A DNA stretch of 64,000 nucleotides from an uncultured Chloroflexia bacterium. GTDB lineage: Bacteria; Chloroflexota; Limnocylindria; QHBO01. The stretch lies in NCBI GenBank assembly GCA_963825525.1, contig CAWGTN010000002.1, forward strand, positions 1,920,001 to 1,984,000, in the 5' to 3' direction. Within the stretch, counting starts at the first letter, position 1, and every line of letters begins with the position of its first letter. A program made the translations under genes and the position numbers. The notes below the pieces were generated by a model. The model was not told the DNA's origin, did no database searches, and saw only the letters and a list, made by a program, of their open reading frames with translations. Shown piece after piece: positions 9,169 to 18,339 of the stretch.

Positions 9169-11262
9169 ATGGGGGAACTCGTGCCTCGGTCACTTTCGGC
9201 CGCCCTGCCCGGCGGTCTGCTGATTCTCCTGCTCGCCGCCGCACCGGTCCTGGCGGACGCGCCACCGGCCGAAGTTTTCGTGTCGGCGGCGACCGACGCC
9301 GGACTCGTGTGCGAGGAGTACTCGACCGATTCGGACGCGACCCAGTACCTGTGCGCGTCGCCTGTCGCCAGCACCGAACGGTACTGGTACGCGAACGTGG
9401 ACGAGTTCGACCTCGGCACCAACCTGGCGGTGGGGCGCAACGTGTTCGCGGGCGGGGTTCAGCCCGCAGAGGCCGATGTCTACGCCCTGATGGTCGAGTA
9501 CGTCACGCTGGTGCTCGACGGGGAGTCCGAGACCACCGCGCTGGCGTGGCTCGCACAGATGAACGACGGCCCGCAGGTCGCAGGAAGCCTCCTCGTCGGA
9601 GGCTGGCAATTGGACTGGCGGATCGACGAATGGCAGCTTGACGAAGGCGATACAACGGGGATCACGCTCGACCTGAGCGAGCTCGGCCCTGGCTTGCCGG
9701 ATGCATCCTCGCCGGCAATCGCGCCGCCGCCAGTGCTCGTCCCGGATCCGGGCCGGCCGGGCGAAGCACAGGAGGAGTGGGTCTACGAGGGCACGTGGAC
9801 GCGCACCTCGTACGTGAACGACGGAGGGTTCGAGCCAACGGACTGGCAGGTCGGCGAATCGGCCCCGGGCTCCATCCGCGTGCAATGCCCGGTCAGCGGC
9901 GGTGACTGCGAGGTCCAAGGGCTTCGCGGCGAGGCGTTCGTCGCCGGCGGCTCTGCGCGGCGGGACGAGAACGGCGTACTCACGAGCATCCGTAGAACGG
10001 AAGAGCTCGGAAACTGCGCCGACGGGCAGTCGTGGGCAGCGACGTTGGACGTGGTCCAGAGCGGCAACGCCGCAACTGCGACGTACGCCGCGATCTTCAA
10101 CCCGCGGACCTGCGAGGACGGCTCCGGCACCCTCTGGATGAGCGACGAGACCTGGGAGTTCGCCGGGACGCTCACGAGGCATGTCGTGCCGGACCCATCC
10201 GGCGGCTCCGCCCCGTCGGCGGGCCCCGTACCCCGGCCCGTTCCCGGCACCGGCCCCGCGGCGCCCGGATCCGCAGACCTGGTTGCTCTTCCCTTTGCCG
10301 ACACGGTTCCGACGGTGGGCGAGATCAGCACCGACCCGATCGTTCTGCTGCAGAGCGCCATGCTTGCCGCGCTGCTCGTGTTCCTCATGCCGTTCCCGAG
10401 CCAGCTGTTCAACTCGACGCTCGAGACGCACGAGGACGAGGTACGGCGCTGGTTCCGTCTCGATCGGCTGGGTGCGGTGGCTGGAGGCATCGGCGCCTTC
10501 TGGGCCTCGTGGCCGGGAGTCGGAGTCTTCACCCTGCTGGCGGCACTGCTGTATGGGTTCCTCGACCCAGGCTTCGGGCTGGATGCCGGCTCGCTCGCGA
10601 CGTTCGCCGGCATGCTGCTCGGCATCGTGCTGGTGACCGCCGCCTTCGCTGCGCCGGCGGTGCTGGCCCACCGGCGCATCGGCTCGGCCTGGACGCTCAA
10701 GGTCGTCCCGCTCAGCCTGCTCATCGGTGTGGCCTGCGTCCTGCTGAGCCGGCTGACTGGTTTCCAGCCCGGCTACCTCTACGGCCTCCTCATTGGCCTC
10801 GCGTTCGCGCGGGAGCTGTCGGCCGCAGATGAAGGTCGGGCCACCGCCGTCGGCGCCGTCGCGATGCTCGGCGTCGCGCTCGTGTCGTGGCTGACGCTGG
10901 GCACGCTGCCTGCCAGCGAGTCGTTCGCCCCGGTCTTGGCGCGCACCGCCCTGGCAGCGCTCATGGTCGCCGGCCTTGAGGGCGTCGTCTTCGGCCTGCT
11001 TCCGATGAGATTTCTGCCCGGCGAGCCCCTCTACGCCTGGAACCGGGTGGTGTGGGGCGTCCTGCTCGCCATCGGTGGTTTCGCCTTCTTCCACATCCTC
11101 ATCAACCCCGCCTCGGGGTACCTTTCCGACACGAGCCGAATGCCGCTCCTCACGGTTATCGGGCTGCTCGTCGGCTTCAGCCTCGTCTCCGTTGCCTTCT
11201 GGGCCTGGTTCCGCTTTAGGGGGGAGTCCATCGAGGGCGCGGCTTCCGAATCCAGCGGCTGA
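9169..11262 (+). CDS. FGLLP-motif membrane protein with a large secreted N-terminal region
   Basis: Signal peptide, acidic Cys-containing ectodomain, Pro linker, multi-TM C-terminus with FPSQLFNSTL, FQPGYLYG, VFGLLPMRFLPG. Confidence 0.75.
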   Translation: MGELVPRSLSAALPGGLLILLLAAAPVLADAPPAEVFVSAATDAGLVCEEYSTDSDATQYLCASPVASTERYWYANVDEFDLGTNLAVGRNVFAGGVQPAEADVYALMVEYVTLVLDGESETTALAWLAQMNDGPQVAGSLLVGGWQLDWRIDEWQLDEGDTTGITLDLSELGPGLPDASSPAIAPPPVLVPDPGRPGEAQEEWVYEGTWTRTSYVNDGGFEPTDWQVGESAPGSIRVQCPVSGGDCEVQGLRGEAFVAGGSARRDENGVLTSIRRTEELGNCADGQSWAATLDVVQSGNAATATYAAIFNPRTCEDGSGTLWMSDETWEFAGTLTRHVVPDPSGGSAPSAGPVPRPVPGTGPAAPGSADLVALPFADTVPTVGEISTDPIVLLQSAMLAALLVFLMPFPSQLFNSTLETHEDEVRRWFRLDRLGAVAGGIGAFWASWPGVGVFTLLAALLYGFLDPGFGLDAGSLATFAGMLLGIVLVTAAFAAPAVLAHRRIGSAWTLKVVPLSLLIGVACVLLSRLTGFQPGYLYGLLIGLAFARELSAADEGRATAVGAVAMLGVALVSWLTLGTLPASESFAPVLARTALAALMVAGLEGVVFGLLPMRFLPGEPLYAWNRVVWGVLLAIGGFAFFHILINPASGYLSDTSRMPLLTVIGLLVGFSLVSVAFWAWFRFRGESIEGAASESSG

Positions 11263-11273
11263 CCCGCGACTTG

Positions 11274-11879
11274 TCAGCGCATCGGTGCGCTGAGCTGTCC
11301 CTCCACCAGCGGCTCTCCCACGATCCCCGCCAGCCGCTCGGCAATGGCCCACCAGTCGAAATCGGCCGTCACCTCGCTGGCGGGCACGCGGAGGGATCGG
11401 CCCTCGGGGAGGTAGATCGGCAGGATGCGGTCGAGGATCGCCTCGATCTCGTCGCGGAACCCGTCACTCGTGGACCGCACGCCATCGGCCAGCAGACCGA
11501 CATCGGGAAGCAGGCGCACCGACAGGTCATAGGTGGTCGCCCATCGTCGGATCAGCGGCTCGACCGCGTACGGATCCTCGCCTCCGGTGACCCGCAGGTA
11601 GTAGGCGAAGTTGTCGACCACAGAGCGATCGGTGACGAGCACATCGGCGCGTTTGACGAGCTCGAGCTCCTGCTGGACCTGCGCCATGAGCACCCACAGC
11701 TGGGCCTCCGAGGTCGCCCCCTCGTTCAGCCCCAGCGGGTTGAATCGGACGACCTCGCGCCCCACCTCCACCGACCGGCCGGCGCGACCGATCGTAGAGG
11801 CGAAGGCGTGCACCGCGTTTGACTTCCGGACCGAATGCGAGCCGATGAAGGCGATCTTGGCGGGACGGGACCAGGGCAT
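11274..11879 (-). CDS. AAA_28/NadR-like P-loop kinase/ATPase
   Basis: KIAFIGSHSVRKS (variant Walker A), REVVR, VTDRSVVDNFAY, DGVR. Confidence 0.65.
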   Translation of the reverse strand: MPWSRPAKIAFIGSHSVRKSNAVHAFASTIGRAGRSVEVGREVVRFNPLGLNEGATSEAQLWVLMAQVQQELELVKRADVLVTDRSVVDNFAYYLRVTGGEDPYAVEPLIRRWATTYDLSVRLLPDVGLLADGVRSTSDGFRDEIEAILDRILPIYLPEGRSLRVPASEVTADFDWWAIAERLAGIVGEPLVEGQLSAPMR

Positions 11880-11888
11880 GGCGGAAGC

Positions 11889-13064
11889 CTACAGGCAGGG
11901 CCCGGTGGCGACGGCGGTCGTCGACCCGATGGACGGCCCGATCCGCTCCAGGGCCTGGTCGGAGCCGATGGCGTACCCGACCTCGGCGGAAACGCGCGAG
12001 GCACCGAACACCACCCCGCCGACCATCCCCGGCTCGACCACCAGCGGTCCGCCGCTGTTGCCGCGCCGGATCTGGCTCGTCATCTCGACCACGCTCCGGT
12101 CATTGAGTCCCTGGCCGTAGATGTCCGGCCCTCCGATCCGGTAGGTCGATGTCACCGACGCCGCCGTCACCGTGAGCGGGCCGCCGCCCGGGTACCCGAG
12201 CGCGACGCCGGTGGATCCGCGCTGCGGTGCGCGTTCGAGGAGGCGCAGCGGAGGTCCGCTGACGCCCGGGACGTTGAGGAGCGCCAGGTCGGCGTCGGGG
12301 TCGAACGCGACAACGGTCGCCGCGTGCACCGATCCGCCCAGCGTGACCGTCGTGTCTGCGGCCCCGGCCACGACGTGAGCGTTCGTCACGACCGAGGTGG
12401 GCGACACGAAGAACCCACTGCCCACGGCCATGCCGCTGCCGCATCCCGTGCTCGAGATGCGAACGGTGCTCGGGAGGGCGGATTGCGCCAGGGCCGCCGC
12501 CTCGGCATCGCTCGGCAGCTCGACCGGCTCGGCGGGCCGCGGCTCGAGGCCACCGAACAGGGGCGGCAGGTCCGTGGTGTCGATGAGCGCGAGCAGCCGG
12601 CCGGCCACGATGGTCGGCGGCGGCAGCCGATCCGACACGATCCGCAGCGTGACCGAATCGTGGGCGAGGCCCGCGATCGCCGGCGCCATGCCGACCGCCA
12701 CCATGCCGCTGATGATCCAGACGAGCAGGACGACGTGTGCGGCACCGACCACCGCGCCGCCCAGCGCGTCGATCGGCCGCAGGCCGCTGCGCCGCAGGCC
12801 GATGCTCATGGTCGTGCCCGCCGCGGCCCCGGCAGCCTCGCCGACCAGCACGAATGCCGCGAAGCCGACCAGCGTGACCAGCGCCCGCATCGGCTGCTCG
12901 ATCGCCACCAGCTGGTCGCGGAACAGCGTCGCCGCCAGGAGTGCCAGCCCGAAACCCACAGCGGCGCCGATCAGCCCGAGGATCGGCCCCAGGAAGCCGG
13001 CCCGCGCTCCCGAGAACAGGCCGAGGACAAGGAGGAGGGCCACCACCGCATCGATGAGATTCAT
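11889..13064 (-). CDS. marP: MarP-family membrane serine protease (CvpA-like TM region plus trypsin-like domain)
   Basis: TM N-terminus; GSGFF, TNAHVV, DLALL, GNSGGP triad; Cys pair TGCG/TGPC. Confidence 0.85.
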   Translation of the reverse strand: MNLIDAVVALLLVLGLFSGARAGFLGPILGLIGAAVGFGLALLAATLFRDQLVAIEQPMRALVTLVGFAAFVLVGEAAGAAAGTTMSIGLRRSGLRPIDALGGAVVGAAHVVLLVWIISGMVAVGMAPAIAGLAHDSVTLRIVSDRLPPPTIVAGRLLALIDTTDLPPLFGGLEPRPAEPVELPSDAEAAALAQSALPSTVRISSTGCGSGMAVGSGFFVSPTSVVTNAHVVAGAADTTVTLGGSVHAATVVAFDPDADLALLNVPGVSGPPLRLLERAPQRGSTGVALGYPGGGPLTVTAASVTSTYRIGGPDIYGQGLNDRSVVEMTSQIRRGNSGGPLVVEPGMVGGVVFGASRVSAEVGYAIGSDQALERIGPSIGSTTAVATGPCL

Positions 13065-13083
13065 GGCGGCGAAGCCTAGCGGC

Positions 13084-13581
13084 TCACGCGGATTGGCGAC
13101 GAAATGCCAGCAGCGAGATTCCGGCGAGCGCGAGGAGGACGAGACCCGCAAAGGCAAGCGGTGATTGGTCTGACTCCTCTGCCGCCACGATACGTGCGTC
13201 CGCCGGTCGCAGTTCCGCAAGCTGCGCGTCCCAGATCTGCGACGGCGTGCAGATGTTGTCGCGCAGGGCATCGCGGTCAACAAACGGCACGACCAGGTAC
13301 GTCGCCCCCTCCGTCCATTCGCGGTCGTCCTCGACAGGCTGGCCCTCGTCCGAGAATCCGTGGATCGTGACGGTGGGGCCGACCTCGCCGGACCACACCT
13401 CGCGAACGGCGAAGGTGGCCCGGGGTCCCTGGACATCCGTGGCCTCACCGACGAAGACGAGGCTTCCGTCGGCGAGTGCATCGTCCACGCTGCGAGCCAT
13501 GTCGCAGTCCGCTGCCACCGGCACGGCCAGGGCAAGCCACGCCATGGCCAGCAGCACGGATTGGGGCAGACGGATCTTCAT
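13084..13581 (-). CDS. Secreted, C-terminally anchored protein, possibly TIMP/NTR-like OB fold
   Basis: Signal peptide, DC..VFVG..FAVREVWSG..GATYLV..NIC, C-terminal TM followed by RRQ. Confidence 0.55.
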   Translation of the reverse strand: MKIRLPQSVLLAMAWLALAVPVAADCDMARSVDDALADGSLVFVGEATDVQGPRATFAVREVWSGEVGPTVTIHGFSDEGQPVEDDREWTEGATYLVVPFVDRDALRDNICTPSQIWDAQLAELRPADARIVAAEESDQSPLAFAGLVLLALAGISLLAFRRQSA

Positions 13582-13656
13582 GGGCACCGGTGTAGAGTAT
13601 CGGCTTCCATCCAGACGTCACTGAGAGCCGATGGGTTCTGCGGAGGGTTGAAGTAA

Positions 13657-14505
13657 ATGGCGCGAACGGTACGCGCGGCACTGCTCCAGGCGGAGTGGAC
13701 CGGCGACAAAGAGTCGATGATCGAGAAGCACGAGAAGTACGCCCGCGAGGCCGCCAAGCAGGGCGCCAAGGTGATGTGCTTCCAGGAGCTCTTCTACGGT
13801 CCCTACTTCTGCCAGGTGCAGGATCCCCAGTACTTCAGCTACACCGAGCACATCCCGGACGGCCCGACCACCAAGCGGATGCAGGAGCTGGCCAAGGAGA
13901 CCGGGATGGTCCTCATCGTCCCGATGTACGAAGAGGACGAGCACGCCCAGGGCATCTACTACAACACCGCGGCGGTGATCGACGCCGATGGCACCTACCT
14001 GGGCAAGTACCGCAAGACCCACATCCCGCAGGTCAAGGGCTTCTGGGAGAAGTTCTACTTCCGTCCCGGCAACACCGGCTATCCCGTCTTCGACACAGCG
14101 GTCGGCAAGGTCGGCGTCTACATCTGCTACGACCGCCACTTCCCCGAGGGCGCGCGGGCGTTGGGCCTGAACGGGGCCGAGATGGTCTTCATCCCGTCGG
14201 CGACGTCGCGGGGACTGAGCGAGTACCTGTGGAGGATCGAGCAGGTCAGCCACGCGGTCGCCAATGGCTATTACGTCGGGACCATCAACCGCGTCGGCAT
14301 CGAGCCACTGGGTGACAACGACTTCTATGGCCAGTCGTACTTCGTGGATCCGCGTGGCCAGTTCATCGGCGACGTGGGCGACGCGCACGACGAGGAGCTC
14401 ATCGTCCGTGACCTCGACCTCGACAAGGTGACCGAGGTCCGGCAGCTCTGGCAGTTCTACCGCGACCGCCGGCCGGACGCCTACGACGACCTCGTTCGGC
14501 CGTAG
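13657..14505 (+). CDS. Nitrilase-family beta-ureidopropionase (N-carbamoyl-beta-alanine amidohydrolase)
   Basis: CFQELFYGPYFC, YRKTHIP, FWEKFYFRPG, ICYDRHFPE (E-K-C triad). Confidence 0.88.
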   Translation: MARTVRAALLQAEWTGDKESMIEKHEKYAREAAKQGAKVMCFQELFYGPYFCQVQDPQYFSYTEHIPDGPTTKRMQELAKETGMVLIVPMYEEDEHAQGIYYNTAAVIDADGTYLGKYRKTHIPQVKGFWEKFYFRPGNTGYPVFDTAVGKVGVYICYDRHFPEGARALGLNGAEMVFIPSATSRGLSEYLWRIEQVSHAVANGYYVGTINRVGIEPLGDNDFYGQSYFVDPRGQFIGDVGDAHDEELIVRDLDLDKVTEVRQLWQFYRDRRPDAYDDLVRP

Positions 14506-14507
14506 CC

Positions 14508-15518
14508 ATGGACTTTGGCTTCACGCTCAAGCCCGAGCATCGGTTCGATCGGTCGGTCGAGCTGGCGAAGCGCGCGGAGGCAACCGGCCACACGTACGGC
14601 TGGCTGTTCGACAGCCACATCCTGTGGCGCGATCCGTATCCGCTCCTGACGCTCATGGCCCAGGCCACCGAGCGCATGCGCTTCGGGACATGCGTCACGA
14701 ATCCGGGAACGCGCGACATCACGGTGACCGCCTCGGTGCTCTCGACGCTCAACGAAATCAGCGATGGCCGCATGGAGCTGGGCATCGGGCGCGGTGACTC
14801 CGCGGTGCGCGTCGCCGGCAAGAAGCCGATGACGGTCGCCTACCTGGAGGAGGCCTGCGTCGCCATTCGCGCGCTGACCGCCGGCGATCCGGTGACGCTC
14901 GACGGCACCGAGGTCCAGATGGGCTGGGCCAACGGCAACGGCGGGCCGGTGAAGGTGTGGGTGGCAGGCTACGGGCCAAAGGCGCTCGCCGCCGCCGGGC
15001 GGGTGGCGGACGGGATCATCCTCCAGGTCGCTGATCCGGACATCATCCGCTGGTGCATGGGCTTCGTCCGCGCCGGCGCCGAGGAGGCCGGGCGAGACCC
15101 GGATGCCTTCGAGGTCATGGCGGCCGCCCCGGCCTACATCAGCGACGACGTCGACGCGGCGCGCGAGAAGGTTCGCTGGTTCCCGGCCCTGGTGAGCAAC
15201 CACGTGGTCGATCTCATCAACAAGTATCCGAAGGACGAGCTGCCGGAGGCGCTGTGGGGCTACGTCCAGGACCGAGAGGGCTACGACTACCACCACCATG
15301 CCGAGGTGGGGAGCGACAACGCTCGGTTCGTGTCGGACGAGATCACCGACAAGTTCGCGATCATCGGTCCCGCGTCGGCGCACCACGAGCGACTCGCCGA
15401 GCTCCGCGAGGCCGGCGTCACCCAGTTCAACAACTACCTGATGAACGGCGAGGAAGAGGAGCAGCTCGACCTGTACGGCGAGCAGGTCATCGACAGGCTG
15501 GCACCGGCCAGGTCCTAG
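14508..15518 (+). CDS. LLM-class (F420-type) oxidoreductase, TIGR03842/CPS_4043-like
   Basis: MDFG..WLFDSHILWRDPY, CVTNPGTRD, GIGRGDSA, WFPALVSNHVVDL, YDYHHHA. Confidence 0.8.
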   Translation: MDFGFTLKPEHRFDRSVELAKRAEATGHTYGWLFDSHILWRDPYPLLTLMAQATERMRFGTCVTNPGTRDITVTASVLSTLNEISDGRMELGIGRGDSAVRVAGKKPMTVAYLEEACVAIRALTAGDPVTLDGTEVQMGWANGNGGPVKVWVAGYGPKALAAAGRVADGIILQVADPDIIRWCMGFVRAGAEEAGRDPDAFEVMAAAPAYISDDVDAAREKVRWFPALVSNHVVDLINKYPKDELPEALWGYVQDREGYDYHHHAEVGSDNARFVSDEITDKFAIIGPASAHHERLAELREAGVTQFNNYLMNGEEEEQLDLYGEQVIDRLAPARS

Positions 15519-15551
15519 GTCGAGGTCAGGCCTCGAAGGGGAGTGACTTGG

Positions 15552-16121
15552 TCATTCGGCCTGGCTCTCGGCGCGCATCGCCGCCTTATGGGCTCGCTTC
15601 TTGGCCTGGTAGTCGGCCAGGGCCTGTGGCGAATCCACGTCGCCGAGGGTCGGGTGACCGGGCAGGACGGCATCGATGCCGGGCGGCCGCACCCCCAGCT
15701 GCTTCGCCAGCACCGCGGTCAGGGATCGCACCTTCATGTCGCCGAAGCCGGGCAGGGCCGCGATCCGACGCTGGAGGTCGCGCCCATCGCTGGCATCGGT
15801 CCACACCCGCGCAGCATCGCCGTCGTACGTCCCGGCAACGAACGCGGCCAGCTCCTGGACCCGGCGTGCCATGGCGGCGGGGAAGCGGTGGATGGCCGGT
15901 GGACCCTTGGCGGCTGCCATCAGCGCGGGCTCGTCGAGTTCGGCGAGCATCCGCGCATCCAGCGACCCGAGTCGCTCGAGAAGCACCTTCGGGCCGGAGA
16001 AGGCCTTCTGCACGGGCACCTGCTGGTCGAGGGCGAAGCCGATGAGCAATGCCATCGGCTGCTCCACCAGCAGCTGATCCGCTTTGTCGTCCCCGGTGAA
16101 ATGCAGGCGATCGGTCGTCAT
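15552..16121 (-). CDS. HhH-GPD-type protein (TIGR03252-like)
   Basis: LLIGFALDQQVP, AFSGP, PAIHRFPAAMA, LPGFGDMK, LGDVDS. Confidence 0.8.
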   Translation of the reverse strand: MTTDRLHFTGDDKADQLLVEQPMALLIGFALDQQVPVQKAFSGPKVLLERLGSLDARMLAELDEPALMAAAKGPPAIHRFPAAMARRVQELAAFVAGTYDGDAARVWTDASDGRDLQRRIAALPGFGDMKVRSLTAVLAKQLGVRPPGIDAVLPGHPTLGDVDSPQALADYQAKKRAHKAAMRAESQAE

Positions 16122-16241
16122 GCTCGCATCGTACAGCCGAGAACCGCCACGGGCTGGCACTCCAGGCGGCACCCGCAGATGCCGGCCACCCATCGCCGGC
16201 GCTAGGATGACGCCCTCGCGGCCTGCAGTACGGAGGAACGG

Positions 16242-17633
16242 ATGCGCACCCTCATCAAGGGCGGAACGATCGTCAACGCCGACGCCACGACCTCGGCGGA
16301 CGTGCTCGTGGACGGCGAGCGCATCGCGCTCATCGGCTCGGATCTCGAGGTCGAGGCCGACCGTACGGTGGACGCATCGGGCAAGTGGGTGATCCCGGGG
16401 GCAATCGACGTGCACACCCACATGGAGCTTCCATTCGGCGGGACCGCGGCCAAGGACACCTTTGAGACGGGCACGCGCGCGGCAGCGTTTGGCGGAACGA
16501 CGACGATCGTGGACTTCGCGGTCCAGGGCAAGGGGCAGTCGCTGCGCGAGGGTCTCGACGCGTGGCACGCCAAGGCCGAGGGCAACGCCTGCGTTGACTA
16601 CGGCTTCCACATGATCATGAGCGACGTCACGGACGACACCCTCGCCGAGATGGACACGTTGGTGGACGAGGGCGTGACCGACTTCAAGCTGTTCACCGCC
16701 TATCCGGGCGTCTTCTACAGCGATGACGGCGCGATCTTCCGCGCCATGCAGCAGACCGCCAGGAACGGCGGGCTCATCCTCATGCACGCCGAGAACGGCA
16801 TGGCGATCGACGTGGTGGCCGCCCAGAACGTTGACGCCGGCAACACCGACCCGTACTACCACGGGACGAGCCGGTCCCCGGTCATGGAGGGGGAGGCAAC
16901 GAACCGGGTAATCCGCCTGGCGCAAGTGGCCGGGGTGCCGGTGTACATCGTCCACCTCTCGGCCATCGAGGCGCTCAACGAGGTTCGTCGCGCACGCGAC
17001 GAGGGGCTGCCGGCCTACGCCGAGACCTGCCCGCAGTACCTGTTCCTGACGCTCGAGGACATGGGCAACGGCTTCGAGGGCGCGAAGTTCGTGTGCTCGC
17101 CCCCGCTTCGTCCGGCCGAGCACGCCGGCGAGCTGTGGAAGGGCCTGGCCAAGGACGACCTGCAGGTGGTGTCAACGGATCACTGCCCGTTCGACTTCCA
17201 CGGCCAGAAGGACCTCGGCAAGGGCGACTTCCGCAAGGTGCCGAACGGTCTTCCCGGCGTTGAGGATCGCGTCAATCTCCTGCACTCGGGTGGTGTGGTC
17301 GATGGCTACATGACGCCGAACCGCTGGGTCGAGGTCATCAGCGCCGCCCCGGCGCGCATGTTCGGACTCGAGGGGCGCAAGGGCGTGGTCGGAGTCGGCG
17401 CCGATGCCGACCTGGTGGTCTACGACCCGAACGCGAAGCACACCATCAGCGCCACGACCCACCACATGGACGTCGACTACTCGTGCTACGAGGGTCGCGA
17501 GGTCACGGGCAGGCCGGAGATCGTGCTGTCGCGCGGCAAGGTCATCGTCGACGGCGACGAGTGGCTCGGTGCCCGCGGAGACGGGAGATTCCTGAAGCGA
17601 GCGCCGACCGGGGAGCTGCTGAGCCGCACCTGA
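16242..17633 (+). CDS. hydA: Dihydropyrimidinase / D-hydantoinase
   Basis: PGAIDVHTH, GGTTTIVDF, FKLF, HAENG, ETCPQYL, CSPPLR, STDHCPF, PNGLPGVE. Confidence 0.95.
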   Translation: MRTLIKGGTIVNADATTSADVLVDGERIALIGSDLEVEADRTVDASGKWVIPGAIDVHTHMELPFGGTAAKDTFETGTRAAAFGGTTTIVDFAVQGKGQSLREGLDAWHAKAEGNACVDYGFHMIMSDVTDDTLAEMDTLVDEGVTDFKLFTAYPGVFYSDDGAIFRAMQQTARNGGLILMHAENGMAIDVVAAQNVDAGNTDPYYHGTSRSPVMEGEATNRVIRLAQVAGVPVYIVHLSAIEALNEVRRARDEGLPAYAETCPQYLFLTLEDMGNGFEGAKFVCSPPLRPAEHAGELWKGLAKDDLQVVSTDHCPFDFHGQKDLGKGDFRKVPNGLPGVEDRVNLLHSGGVVDGYMTPNRWVEVISAAPARMFGLEGRKGVVGVGADADLVVYDPNAKHTISATTHHMDVDYSCYEGREVTGRPEIVLSRGKVIVDGDEWLGARGDGRFLKRAPTGELLSRT

Positions 17634-17694
17634 TTGGGCGATTCGGTCTCGGCCGACTATCCTGCATCGGCCGCATATCTCATAGGAGACCACG

Positions 17695-18339
17695 TTGAAC
17701 CGCATTTCCATCCTGCTCGTCGCGCTGCTGGCGCTCGTCGTCAGCGCCTGTTCCGGCGGCGGAGCCAGCCCCTCGGCCAGCGGGGGTGACGTCATCAGCT
17801 CGCCAAGTCCCGAAGTGACCGAAACTCCTTCGCCGGAGCCATCAGACGACCCCTCGGGTTCGGATGTCGCCATGCCGTCAGGGTTCGACATCAACGGCGA
17901 CCCGGAGCTTGCCGCGCGCTTCCCGACGACGGTCGGAGGCGAGGCCGTGCAGGTCATCAGCTTCCGCGGCGACACGCTCATGGCCGGCGGTGACATCGAT
18001 CCGTCGTTCCAGGACTTCCTCGACTCCACCGGCGCCGAGCTGGAAGACGTCTCGGTTGCATTCGGCGGGACGGCCGACGGGTCGCTGTCGATGGCCGCCT
18101 TCCGCGTCCTCGGCGTGTCCGAGGACAAGCTCGAGGAGGAGTTCCTGAGCGCGAGCGAGGAAGCCGGTGATATCGAGGACGCGGAGCGCACGTCGGTCGG
18201 CGGCAAGGACGTCTGGAAGGCGGCCGACGGCACCGGCCAGGCGAGCGGATCGGTCTTTCTCTACGTGAAGGACGACACCGTCTACTTCCTCACCGGGACC
18301 GACGCGCAGGCTGCCGAGATCCTGGCGGCACTTCCGTAG
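17695..18339 (+). CDS. Hypothetical lipoprotein
   Basis: TTG start after GGAG; lipobox VSAC; Ser/Pro linker; acidic domain. Confidence 0.7.
   Translation: MNRISILLVALLALVVSACSGGGASPSASGGDVISSPSPEVTETPSPEPSDDPSGSDVAMPSGFDINGDPELAARFPTTVGGEAVQVISFRGDTLMAGGDIDPSFQDFLDSTGAELEDVSVAFGGTADGSLSMAAFRVLGVSEDKLEEEFLSASEEAGDIEDAERTSVGGKDVWKAADGTGQASGSVFLYVKDDTVYFLTGTDAQAAEILAALP

Noticed and set aside
9190-11352. Long antisense ORFs (also 23129-25123, 54453-56606, 32185-33714 and others)
   Set aside because: Shadow frames of high-GC genes; Arg/Gly-rich with no motifs, while the opposite strand has clear family signatures.
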